Shown here: positions 39,901 through 49,690 of the stretch, piece after piece
How positions within the stretch are numbered: position 1 is the first letter of the stretch
How the letters are laid out: each line of letters begins with the position of its first letter
Assembly (NCBI GenBank): GCA_002633005.1
Contig: NMRA01000303.1
Span: 124,366-183,854 of the forward strand
DNA length: 59,489 bases
Source: Phoronis australis
Taxonomy: Eukaryota > Animalia > Phoronida
Direction of reading: 5' to 3'
The notes under the pieces: model-generated
The model's database searches: none
What the model saw: only the letters and a program-made list of their open reading frames with translations
Told to the model about the DNA's origin: nothing
Translations under genes and position numbers: made by a program

Positions 39901-42900
39901 ACTTGCAGATATGGTAAGACATTTTTAGATAGTGGGCCGGTTAGCTTAGTTCTTAGCAGTCAAGCTTTCCAAGATCATTTCAGACTTAACTATTGGTCAC
40001 ATGACCATCACATGGTGTTTAAGAGGTCACTTATTCTTACTCATGTCATACCAACGGGCTGATGCATAACAGCTTATTAATAGGCAAGATTTCAGTTGAG
40101 AAAAGTCAGAGTGAGGTGAGGTCAAGTAATTACGACGACTACCAAATCAGAACGAGAATTCTTAAATTATTTCACTCACAAACCTTTGGCAAAACTGGGA
40201 TACAGTACAATCCAAAAGTATTCAGACAAAGTGTCCGGGAATTTTACGTGATGGCTAGCTGGAAGCTGAGTTCATCGTCAGAGTTATCTCCCCTCAAGAC
40301 TAAGAATGAAGGGGAATTAACAGGAAAGCTAGTGAGGTGGCTAAGCCACGCTGTAATTAGAATATTGTTGCCTAGTTACCACCAGTCATTTCTTGCTGTT
40401 TGCAAAATTAAACATCATGATGGGAAACAGTATTTTGTGAGGAGACAGCATAGTTCAGTGGTTTGAGCTCTGGGCTCCTGTTGGGGGAAACCCGGATTGG
40501 AATCCTGGCTTTACTAGCTGACAGTTGAGCATTGCACAAAGGTGTCTCCTACTCCTCTGAGCTCTATCTTAGTAGTGAATGTACGCAAGGGAGTGAATGA
40601 GAACCTGAATATAATGCGAAAGGGATTTCTAGGGCTGTACTCATACTTATTTAAAATTTTGTCCGATTACTTTTACTCGTATTGTATATTTCAGAGTCTG
40701 ACTACATGTACTTTTTACAAATCTTAAGAATCGTACTAGTTGTTGTTTTATGACACATTGAGTGCCAACCATGCGACTCACCAAGTAGCAGCTATGTACA
40801 TTGAAATCTCTCCCAACTTTGGACTCAATATTTGAGCGTGGATTAAGAGTAAATCTGTCATAAAATTCATACTTTCATATATGCCAGTTTTGGCTCATGC
40901 TGAAACATCTCACTCACACATTTCTTATGCAAGTTTAAACTGTCAGTAGTCATCTTCTTTATCAGTGAAGGCTGTGTCTGTCTTGAATGCAGTTTTCTCC
41001 CCTTGTTGCCTTATAGCTGGTGGAGACGCAGGTCGTAGACAGCCCCCTGCCCGGCCTCCCCCTCCCAGTGTGCAGCCACAGGCACCGTCAGGTAACCAAT
41101 GTCATGGAAATTGTCTACATTAATGGAGTGTATTACAGTAATTTGTTTGCGATTCATATTGACAATGTGAGAGCATTGTAATTACCATGCGATTCATATT
41201 GACAATGTGAGAGCATTGTAATTACCATGCGATGAAGCGGGTTTGAAGCTATAGTGTAGGTCCCAAATTTTTGTCTGACCAATCAAAAAGGAGTCGGCGA
41301 CTGTTGTCAACCTGTCAAAAAAATTGACCGACTGATCTGCTACTTTTTTAAAACTTTGTAAATATATGCATTTATTCCCAGTAACTCAAAAAATTGTACA
41401 ATGTAAATCATAATTATATAAAAATGCACAAGACCACCCACTTACTGGTAACTTAGATTTCGACATGGATAAAATTTGATCTTCCATTTTTGAATCTGGA
41501 AACCTGTCTGATCTTTCCGAAAATATATTTCTCTGTGTTATTGTACTGTTTTAAATATTCGCAAAAGAATAAAAAATTGGTAAAGTGCCTACCATCCATC
41601 TTTGACATTATATCTGATATTTCGCTGGAATCAATTCTGTTGAACAGATACCATTGATTACAAACACCATGAATATCAACATAGAATGAAACGCGTCTAA
41701 GTTTCTGGGGGTTCTTTACAAAATATACTTGCAGAAGACGCCAAGAAGACTATTTTTTAAAGATATGAATTTGTACATAACATTTGGTGAACTTGCTGTC
41801 ACACTGAAACCATCTTGGTTTAATACCTACAGAAAAATTACACATATTATATACACTGTATTCCAACCCATTCATTTCTGATCTCAAATATTCATTTATC
41901 CTGGCTTGTGATCTGCTAATTGTTAGTAGGAAAACTTACAGCAGACAGCAGTGCCTACATCACTTGAATTTGTCGTGCCACTTCATGTGTTTATTTTTGA
42001 TATTCCTAAATTGGACTGCAATAACAAAACGCTGCTTCACTGTATGCACAAGAATTTAAAAAATATGCGTTAGCATGTGATGATTTGCTACTGTAACTTA
42101 TCTGTGATTTTTTACCCAAGTGACGACAACAATGGGAACTGCACTAACGACTCCTGGTAGAGTGCCTGGTCGGTGTCAGTTAGATGATCAGTCACCAATT
42201 CATTGCTCATCTGTCAGACAAAAGTATGGGCCACAATTCCTTATTCAAAAAGACCAATAACCAAGTGGTATTTTAATCCTCGCGTCAGCATGAAGCCAGA
42301 GACAAAAATGGCTTTGTCTGTACGTCAAACTGAAGTTGGCATGTGGTGTCTGAAGAAGGAAGCTTTGGATTTTGTTCATGTTTTGTACAAATGTGAAGGT
42401 GGAGCATATCAACGCACCAGTCAAAATTTGAGACATTGATGTCATTTTCAGTTATGATAGAGTTAGCAGATATGTTGGAAATAGAATGTAGTTATTCATC
42501 GATCTTACAATTGACCTATCGCCAGGATTATGACGGACGGCTTAATTGACCAATCAGAACACAGCATTCTTGGCACACCTTCGTCTGCGTTTCCAAGCCG
42601 CCATTTTACCCGACAAACCACACGTAGTCGAGTAAAACTTACTTTAGTCTATAGCGCAAGAAATTGTCCGCTAAGAATGGGGAAACGGTGTTGATATGGC
42701 GTGTGTAGCACCGACAGCCGTTATGCTGCTCCAGAATAATATCCTGTCATTTTTTGGCATGTCCTAAGCCGAAAAATGATTTTGAAAAGCGTTCAAACTG
42801 TACGGCCACACGAGCAGCTGAACTTAGCGATGTTGCTTGGATAACTCGAAAGTTATAAGCACAAATATTAGTTCCAAGATATGCACTTTTCAGCTTGGTG

Positions 42901-45554
42901 GCTGTGGTGCAGGGCTATCTCAGATTTTGACTCCCGAGTTTCCTACGTCTGGCCGCCTTTGTCTCGGCACCTGCTGGATCTCAGCACTCTAGCGGTAGTC
43001 CCCGGAAATTGTTGTTTTCAAGGACATTTTTATTTATGTTTTTTTATTTATTTCAACCTAATGGACATTATTTTGTTTCGTATCAGAGGTACATTTTTGT
43101 TATTCATAAACCATAGGCTGGCGTTCAACTGAACTTCTCTCCCGGTCAAAATTCAGAGATTCGATCGGCACAGGGAAGGGCACTGGATTACTGCCGGAAC
43201 TCAAAGCCTTGGTCGAGCTGTTGTCACTAAAAATAAACCGTTGAATTACTTTTTGACGTGTACCTCTAGTATACACTATGTCTGTAGAGTTAGAGAGAGC
43301 TCATTTTGAAGTTGTTCAAACATGATATTTAGATTTATGAAGCTTTTAAAAAGAATATGAGTTATTTTTGTAAATACCCTATTTTTGCAACTACCACACC
43401 AAACTTGTAATCTTTTGTAACCATACCACGACTCAGTGATCATGCTACCTTCAAAATTAAATGAAAGGTACCTTTATGAAATGAAACTACAAAAAAATCC
43501 CAAGTTCATAAGAAGGTAGGCCTAATTGAAATGTCTTAATGGTGCAAACAGACAATTCCATAGGCGAATTTAGGGGGGGGAGCGTCCCCCCCCCTTGGCT
43601 GCTGCAAGCAAAATGAAACAGCAAGAGCGTGAAGCGTGAGGAAATATTGAGTTCAGTAACTAGGACCGGTAGCGGGCCCCCTGTGGTATTCTAGATCCGC
43701 CACTGAATTCCAGACATTAATTTGACTTAGACACAGCCCTAGACCTACCGGAGCTAACTGTTTGCCTAGGACGAGATGAGTGTGTACCTGAGCTATGAAC
43801 CTGAATTTTTTTATCAAAATATTTTGTTACAAGATTAGAAAAGCGTAAACAGTGCTATCGAGTCGACCTAGTCAGAGACTAGTGTGTTGTCTGTAATTTA
43901 TCCTACTTTACTCCAGGAGTCCCACCACTGAGTTGTGAACTACTTTTCATTTGGCGAAATTTAGCAGACGACAGAATAAAAATATCGGTGATTCTTCACT
44001 GATTTTATTCGAAAGATCATGAAATCTATGGAATTGTACAGATAATTCGACTTTAAGGTACATACCCAGTTTTACATGAACATATCGTATCAGTGGCCTT
44101 GTCATTTGTCAGGTGAAGGTGGCCCCAAGGCCGAGGGGTTCTTCGGATTTTCGCTGGCTCCTCGAGCACTTATTTTTTCATCGTCACCTTTACAAATTCC
44201 CATATCATTAATGTACGATTCTCTGTTGAAAAGCATCGCCTCTTGTCTCTGTTGAAGCGTTTTCAAATAGTGCAAAAACAATCATCGATTCTACCAGGAA
44301 CGCCGTTTAGCGACAGTGTATTTGCCTATGACATCTCGTTCGATTGTCAGGTATCACGTGACTTTTCGCATAGGGGCGGAGCTTGCGATAGGTCAATTAT
44401 AGTCAAAACAGGCGGAGTACAATTTGATCACTCTGTACCAAATGCTTGTTAGCTTTGTAATATTAAACATTTAGTTTTTGGCTGGAGGCCTTCTGTGTAA
44501 ATGTTCTTCTAGTGAATTGTTTGCTTTGTAAGTGCAATTTAGACATTATTAAATTCTTTTATTCACTAAAAACTTATTATTAGCATGTGATTTTATTACG
44601 AGACATGTCACTTGATTTTTAAAATAATTATCATAAACAATAATTGGTCTCTTCAGTTCTCCAGTGGCGGATATGCTTTGAGTGTTTGAATGGAGATATA
44701 TCCCTTGCCTGGTTAAGTATATGTCCAATTGGTGTTCTTTTCAGCTCCCAGCCAGCCTCCCAGCTCTCAAGCTCCAGCGTACAGTGGGCCCCCTGCCACA
44801 GGTAGGTGGCTAGACTATGATTTTGTAATGCACAAAAATCCAACTGCATTTTGTAGCTATGCAAACCTTTCAGAAATATAATAGGGTGAACAATGGAAGG
44901 TCACCAGACAACAAATAACGGTTAATAATTTGAAAATTTGCAGAAAGAAAATTGTTTTGCTTCAAAATTTCCCCAATTTTCAGTGAGGGAAAGTTCAATG
45001 ATTTGAAAGCTGTCTAACAGTAGTATTACTTCCAACAGACATTGTTATGGTAGTAGTACTTACTAACTGTTGGGGAAATGCTGTTTTCCCATAAATGTTG
45101 CTGAAGATGCATCAATAGTGAGGTTGTTAGTTGATCTGCTCTTCATCTAGTAAGACTAATGGGCTTTTCATCTGTTCATTACTGCCTTGCAGCAGCAACA
45201 GCACCCTCTGGTTACACTCCACCTCCAGCCTTCGGTACAGCTGCACCGATGCCATCGGGTTACAACCCATACGCCTTCCAGCAGCCTCCGCAACAAAACT
45301 ACCAGCAACAGTCTTATGGACAGCCTGGTTACGGGCAGGGGTATACGGCACCGTACCCTCCAGCACAGCAGGGTTATCCGCAGGCTCATCTCGGGTACCC
45401 ACCGCCTCAGCAGGGGTACCCTCCGCAACAAGGGTATCCACCAGGCAGCTACCCTCCACCACAACAAGGATATCCCCCACAGCAGGGAGGTTATGGGCAG
45501 TATGGTGGTGGATATCAACAGCAGCCTCCCTATCCCCAACAACAGTGGCGATAA
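19141..45554 (+). CDS. PDCD6IP: Programmed cell death 6-interacting protein (ALIX): Bro1 domain, V domain and Pro-rich tail; 17 exons, 893 aa
   Basis: Exons 19141-19340, 21503-21627, 23819-23946, 25391-25544, 25989-26098, 27649-27765, 28356-28578, 29289-29412, 29697-29874, 32191-32412, 34000-34159, 36838-36986, 37899-38033, 39604-39766, 41017-41091, 44745-44801, 45193-45554. All introns are GT-AG with consistent phases, total 2682 nt. Motifs include [67 protein letters not shown] and PPARPPPP. Confidence 0.96.
20730..20838. mobile_element. Short palindromic MITE / hairpin with arms of about 43 bp
   Basis: GGTAATAGTCGGATATAAAGTGCCCACATTTTGAGAACCAGTT ... AACTGGTTCTCGAAATGTGGGCACGTTATATCCAACTATTGCC. 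Confidence 0.75.
21460..21498. repeat. 11-bp tandem repeat (TATTATTAACA x about 3.5) abutting the ALIX exon 2 acceptor
   Basis: Direct inspection. Confidence 0.85.
21503..21627 (+). CDS. PDCD6IP: ALIX exon 2
   Basis: [41 protein letters not shown]; ttttag| and G|gtaaca. Confidence 0.95.
21668..23130. mobile_element. Tc1/mariner-pogo-like non-autonomous element
   Basis: TIR C(G/C)GTATTC(C/A)CCC(T/C)AATAAGCGCCC, right end GAATACGG|TA. The 3' ~400 bp recurs at 32495-32967. Confidence 0.78.
23819..23946 (+). CDS. PDCD6IP: ALIX exon 3
   Basis: [42 protein letters not shown]; donor CAG|gtgggt. Confidence 0.94.
23941..24330. repeat. Degenerate ~23-bp minisatellite (TACCAGGTGGGTGTGGTTACAGG) beginning inside ALIX exon 3; outlying copies at 24664-24709
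   Basis: Recurrent GTGGGTGTGGTTAC core; the first unit overlaps the exon/intron junction. Confidence 0.9.
25391..25544 (+). CDS. PDCD6IP: ALIX exon 4
   Basis: [13 protein letters not shown]...[31 protein letters not shown]; tttcag| and G|gtgagt. Confidence 0.95.
25989..26098 (+). CDS. PDCD6IP: ALIX exon 5
   Basis: [37 protein letters not shown]; AAG|gtcagt. Confidence 0.94.
26199..26821. mobile_element. Degenerate pogo-like MITE flanked by TA
   Basis: TA|CCGCACTCCTCTAGGTTATC ... GGTAACACGGATGAGTACAG|TA; imperfect TIR, 13/20 matches. Confidence 0.45.
27649..27765 (+). CDS. PDCD6IP: ALIX exon 6
   Basis: [39 protein letters not shown]; AAG|gtgagt. Confidence 0.95.
28356..28578 (+). CDS. PDCD6IP: ALIX exon 7
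   Basis: HGVELLRAA...[32 protein letters not shown]...SRFQ; G|gttatt. Confidence 0.94.
29289..29412 (+). CDS. PDCD6IP: ALIX exon 8
   Basis: [41 protein letters not shown]; AG|gtaaca. Confidence 0.95.
29697..29874 (+). CDS. PDCD6IP: ALIX exon 9
   Basis: [16 protein letters not shown]...[15 protein letters not shown]; GAG|gtatgg. Confidence 0.95.
29871..30030. repeat. 23-bp minisatellite x7 (TGAGGTATGGCAGGGGTGTGYAR); every unit contains the exon 9 splice donor
   Basis: Units start at 29871, 29894, 29917, 29940, 29963, 29986 and 30009. Confidence 0.97.
30744..31429. mobile_element. piggyBac-like non-autonomous element, TTAA TSD
   Basis: TTAA|CTCTTAACATCCC ... GGGATGTTAAGAG|TTAA, a perfect 13-bp TIR. 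Confidence 0.8.
32191..32412 (+). CDS. PDCD6IP: ALIX exon 10
   Basis: [33 protein letters not shown]...ELLSKSE; GAA|gtaggt. Confidence 0.95.
32495..32967. mobile_element. Truncated copy of the 21668-23130 pogo-like element with a duplicated right terminus
   Basis: Colinear with 22715-23130; GGGCACTTATT(T)GGGGGAATACGGTAG occurs twice, ending at 32916 and 32967. Confidence 0.8.
33165..33670. mobile_element. hAT-like MITE, 506 bp, apparent 6-bp TSD TAAAAT
   Basis: CAGGGCTTGGAAT ... ATTCCAAGCCCTG perfect 13-bp TIR; TTTCCGCG subterminal repeats. Confidence 0.85.
33871..33968. repeat. (TTG)n microsatellite with degenerate tail, upstream of the ALIX exon 11 acceptor
   Basis: Direct inspection; source of the antisense polyQ ORF. 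Confidence 0.95.
34000..34159 (+). CDS. PDCD6IP: ALIX exon 11
   Basis: [12 protein letters not shown]...[29 protein letters not shown]; A|gtaggt. Confidence 0.93.
35071..36723. mobile_element. Kolobok-like non-autonomous element, TTAA TSD, with a remnant ORF at 35337-35621 (-)
   Basis: TTAA|AGGAGAATGCCACCC ... GGGTGTCATGCTCCT|TTAA (13/15 TIR match, purine termini). The internal ORF contains [13 protein letters not shown]. Confidence 0.78.
36838..36986 (+). CDS. PDCD6IP: ALIX exon 12
   Basis: [49 protein letters not shown]; CAG|gtgtgt. Confidence 0.95.
37676..37734. repeat. About 22-bp tandem repeat, nearly 3 copies (CTGCCTGTTCTGGTACATTTAT)
   Basis: Direct inspection. Confidence 0.8.
37899..38033 (+). 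CDS. PDCD6IP: ALIX exon 13
   Basis: [45 protein letters not shown]; AAG|gtaaga. Confidence 0.95.
38044..38269. repeat. 33-bp minisatellite x about 7 (GGTTTGTAYGATTTGTGTTTAGGAACAAGGGGT) starting about 10 nt after the exon 13 donor
   Basis: Direct inspection; explains ORFs 37974..38243 and 38054..38281. Confidence 0.96.
39604..39766 (+). CDS. PDCD6IP: ALIX exon 14
   Basis: [54 protein letters not shown]; C|gtatgt. Confidence 0.94.
40446..40610 (+). mobile_element. Degenerate tRNA-derived SINE
   Basis: TAGTTCAGTGGTTTGAGC (A box) and GGATTGGAATCC (B-box-like). Confidence 0.45.
41017..41091 (+). CDS. PDCD6IP: ALIX exon 15 (75 nt, phase 1-1)
   Basis: [25 protein letters not shown]; ttatag| and G|gtaacc. 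Confidence 0.9.
41148..41233. repeat. 40-bp exact tandem duplication
   Basis: TGCGATTCATATTGACAATGTGAGAGCATTGTAATTACCA x2. Confidence 0.9.
42509..44398. mobile_element. TIR DNA element of about 1.9 kb (superfamily uncertain) containing a nested MITE
   Basis: AATTGACCTATCGC ... GCGATAGGTCAATT perfect 14-bp inverted repeat; an internally deleted copy lies at 46139-46326. Confidence 0.75.
43559..43705 (+). mobile_element. 147-bp MITE of the 9502-10908 family, 5-bp TSD AATTC
   Basis: AATTC|CATAGGCGAATTTAGG ... CTAGATCCGCCACTG|AATTC. Confidence 0.85.
44745..44801 (+). CDS. PDCD6IP: ALIX exon 16 (57 nt, phase 1-1)
   Basis: [19 protein letters not shown]; strong ttcttttcag| and CAG|gtaggt; Pro/Ser-rich and in phase. 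Confidence 0.8.
45193..45554 (+). CDS. PDCD6IP: ALIX last exon (Pro/Gln/Tyr/Gly-rich tail)
   Basis: [29 protein letters not shown] repeats..PPYPQQQWR*; acceptor ccttgcag. Confidence 0.93.
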
Positions 45555-46138
45555 AGGGAAAGGGTATTCCATCTATTTGAGCTGCAATTAGTTGACATGA
45601 TTAATCCGTACCTGGTTTCTGTAATAAGGAATTACTCAGAGCTTTTGATTATAATTTGATCTGCAGTTAATTGTGAGTGAACAGTGCCTGGTTTATGTTA
45701 AAAGGAATTACCTGTGGTATTTGACTATACTATGATGAACCTGATATACAATTAGTTGTAATTAAACTGCGCCTGGTTTATGTTAAATATTAATACTGAT
45801 TTCCTGTTCAACAAATTCTGTGTAACACACAGACGTATGGAGTATATTACTGTTGAAAATATTTTGCCCATGCTTTCAGAATTTCTGAATGTTAATGCAG
45901 TGACTTCACGGCTGTGTGTCAAAATTGAAATGCGAGGTAGTTTGGGCTTTGTTTTCTGGATCTTGTGATTGTGTTGTCTTTAAATTAACTTTAATGTCTT
46001 TCAATTGTTGAATACGTCGTCTCATGTCACATTCTGTACGAGCGAACGTTTCCCCGCTTAATCACTGCTGTATGGGCATCGTGTGCTCATGTACCACAGA
46101 TTATCAGAATTTCTAAATCACTAGCAAAGTAGGAAGTG

Positions 46139-46326
46139 AATTGACCTATCACCAGGATTTTGAGTGACGGCTCAATTGACCAATCAGAACACAGCAATGA
46201 CGGCATTCTTGACACACCTTCATTTCCAAGCTGCCATTTTACCCAACAAACAACACGTTGCCATGTAAAATTTATTGTTAGTTAGCCGACATTACGCAAG
46301 GGGGCGGAGCTTGCGACGAGTCAATT
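46139..46326. mobile_element. Internally deleted derivative of the 42509-44398 element, in the likely ALIX 3' UTR
   Basis: Matches 42509-42640, then jumps to the GGGGCGGAGCTTGCGA..GTCAATT right end. Confidence 0.8.
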
Positions 46327-46488
46327 CTTCAGTGTGCACTGAATTTCCTTGTCCGTGTATTGTGTACTTAGGAATAAACTTTTGTTCTTGTCCTTCAATT
46401 TCATGCGATGACAGAAATTGAGTCAATTTTCCAATTGAACAGTGCTTTCTGACAATGTACAGAAGTCCAAGGATTTCCTCTAACTTAA

Positions 46489-46714
46489 AGCTGCTGAACC
46501 CGAATTGCCAAAATAAGTTAAGATGGTAATTGAACCAAATTTGTTATTCAACGTTAATTTTGATCACAGCCACGCGTCGTATTATCTATGAATAATTGCA
46601 GAATGTCTGAAACATTGGCAGTCCAATTCCAGTGACCTCAATAGGTTAGTGGGAAATATTTTTTTTCGATTCCAAACAATTCCAACCTTGGTCAAAAACA
46701 AGGATTCAGCAATT
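46489..46714. mobile_element. Kolobok-like MITE, TTAA-flanked
   Basis: TTAA|AGCTGCTGAACCC ... GGATTCAGCAATT|TTAA. Confidence 0.5.
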
Positions 46715-46954
46715 TTAAGACTGGAGGTACTGAGTTATGTTATTTGATGTCGTTTTGTGAAAATATTCCTCATTAGCTTGTACTGTTTGCTCAGGCAGCG
46801 AACTATAAATTGTGGAGGAAACGGTGATATTTAACTTTCATTTACGAAAGATGTACCGTGTAATCTAACTACAATAAGATGTTATTGTATATAGTGATAT
46901 TTGATGCATTCATTATTTCAAGGTGTTTATTAAGTGTTCAACAATGTGCTACGA

Positions 46955-47037
46955 AATAAACATGCAAGAGCAGTCTTCTTGACAATTATTTTGTTTGAAA
47001 TATAAAATACCCATCAGTGTATGTCACTGAAAATAAA
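46955..47037 (+). terminator. Candidate ALIX polyadenylation signals (AATAAA at 46955 and 47032; another at 46373)
   Basis: Canonical hexamers downstream of the stop codon; which is used is unknown. Confidence 0.35.
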
Positions 47038-47601
47038 CTGCTTAAACCTACTTTGTACAGTATCAGTAATTCTCAGGATGCTACAGAACTTAACTCTTAA
47101 CGTTTTTATGGGTAACGAAAATCAATGGGCGCATGTTGAAGAGCACAGATTTGTTGTATAGGTGTCCCTTAATTCAGAATCCCATAAGTGTCATGCGGAC
47201 AATCGTCTGCTCGTCACACTAGCAGTTGATGTTGGATAGACACTACTCCTGTAATCACATCTGCAGTAAACCGAGATCCAACCTGCTTGAAACAGTACTA
47301 AAATACTTGATTTGCAATTAATAGTGCAGCTTATTTGAGTGACTGCAATACCACAATTCCTTGTGTATAAGACGTGTCACTTTATAAGGTAAATTCTCCC
47401 AGGTGAGACTTTCTTAAAACAAAATACGATGAAAGCTTTTCAAAAGGCTTCCAAATTCACTGTGCAATATGCTTTCCATTTTGCTGGTTTCTTTCCACTT
47501 TAGTTTAGCACTCTTCCATTATTGTATTGAAAGCATATTTGTCTAAAATCATAATCATGGTGAAAAAACATACTAATAAGACAGTATTATTATATAAGTG
47601 A

Positions 47602-47607
47602 TTTATT
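47602..47607 (-). terminator. Candidate distal ATIC polyadenylation signal (a proximal candidate is at 49396-49401)
   Basis: AATAAA on the minus strand followed by T-rich sequence. Confidence 0.3.
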
Positions 47608-49570
47608 GCTAGCAAAAAATTGTAAAAATAATACATGGAATAGAATCTTCATAGACAGCACAAAAGTTGAAGCTTGCTAATGCACAGGATACAATTACTG
47701 CATTCAAAGGTTTAACTTGATGAAAAAGCAGAACGTCCAATCGGAATGCAGAAAACTAAGGCGTCCAATCAGTCCTGTGGACAATAAGCATAATTAAATG
47801 CTCTGACCAATCATGTGCGATCACCACAGGCGAACAAAGCAATCTCACGACATATGTCACTGGAATGTAGCCTTCTTATAGCAAGAAGGCAGATCTCTAG
47901 TCTGATTTGGAGGCAGACTGAGAATGCAGCTCAGTATTTTCAGATGGTGGATCACATGTCCAATTTGCCTTCTGATTGGATGGTATTCGAACATTACAAA
48001 ATTAATGTGGCAAACATCAAATGCACACATAAAAATAAAGATATGAAACATGTCACTTAACAAAACATAAGGTGCAAGATTTTAATTAGAACTTACTAAT
48101 ATGCGAATATTTATGAACAAAGTGTGCAAACATCACAAGTACCACACACAAACACCCAATACCATAAGTAGAGCGAGATTCCATCTCCTAAGTCCAACTT
48201 AAGACTAGATCTAGTATTTCCAACTTGACTTGCCAATTTAAAGTGCTTCACAAAAAATCTCGGAATAACCAGGTTACGCTACTAAAACTCAGATGTTTTG
48301 TGCAATGGGCCCAACCATGAGGTCTGCGCACGTCTGATGCACCGCAAACGACATCGGGCCACCTGCACTGTTTGTTTTTTTTTAGTAAAACTCTCCAAGT
48401 CAGTCTTCATAACATACAGCTCGAGATAATCAGGTTTTTGGCCGAGAATTAAGTCTAACAGGTGAGTTTGGGAATTCTTGATAAGTTTTCTTAGTTGGGG
48501 AGTGTAATGGTTGTCATTGAGAACACAAGAAAATACATGTACTTCTAAACGTGATTTTTCAAAAAAAAATATTTTGTAAGAAAACCCGCTATAAAGTTAG
48601 CAAAATGCATTTATCAGACAATATATCAGTGGTCATTCACGAGTCCATTAAGACTCAAGACAGAAATTAGGTGTTGCGTTCAATCTCCATAATTGCCTAA
48701 AAGAGGTTTAGCCAAATAACTATGAACACGCCACAGTCTATTAATAGTTTATAGAAATTTAGCTCAGGAACTAGCAGTTAAAAGTATATCCTTCGAGACT
48801 TCACACTTTCGTGAAATTTCGCTATTTTTTCAGATATATTTTTGTGCAGCAAAAGACAGTTTCACTATTCATAAAAAGATCTTGGGGCTAATCACAAAAA
48901 CTCTACTTGCCCAAAACCATCCAAATGTTTACGAATGGCTAGATTCAGAAACTATGAGGGACATTTTCTTTAATTTTTATTTGGTATCAAAAATAAAAAA
49001 TTACAAAAGGGGTCACCGTAAACTGGACTGCTTCGTAGACAATTGCTTCATGGACAACTGGACTGATCACTCGGATCCTTCTGATCGCACAAACCAAAAA
49101 CCATCGTGGACTTAAAAACTTAAACAGTAGTTTTCAAAATAAAGTGGACAGTGTTGAATTTTGACAGAAATTTGCATCTAAATATCCATTACTTTTCGAC
49201 TAGAACATACACTTTGTCGACATCACAACAACTTTCCTTGCAAGTTTGGATAGGCGCAATAACATCACATTAAACTCTGAAGTTAAAAAAGTAATTTTAC
49301 TGCAACGAAAGATTGACTTAATTGCCAAGTTATTCCAGCAAGTACTTCGACCAAGTTTGGCAGAGTCGAACAGAAATCTGTCAAAATGTGTATAGTTTAT
49401 TTTGTACACTATTTTTGTAGTTTCTTAAAGTCTAAGGTATATTCCATGATTTTCATGTCCCAGCTGTAACTAGGCAGCAAGTGAAAGGGTCACAACTGAA
49501 AATTTGTGAGCAAAACTCAGACTGTTCTAATAGTTTAACATCCCTCACATCTTTTGAGTCACAACCCCAC

Positions 49571-49690
49571 CTAGTGATGAAACAGTCTCAAGTTGGTGTG
49601 GGCCATGACAATGTCGTAGTCATTGCAGGCCTCAATGACTAGCTGGTCATTATTGGATCCTGCAGGGGATCCAATGAAAGACACACCACT
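49571..49690 (-). CDS. ATIC: ATIC last exon
   Basis: [39 protein letters not shown]. Confidence 0.96.
   Translation of the reverse strand, partial: SGVSFIGSPAGSNNDQLVIEACNDYDIVMAHTNLRLFHH

Noticed and set aside
45127-45591. Five overlapping long ORFs in different frames
   Set aside because: Expected shadow ORFs of the C-rich, stop-poor ALIX last exon; only the YPPQQG frame joins the upstream exons.
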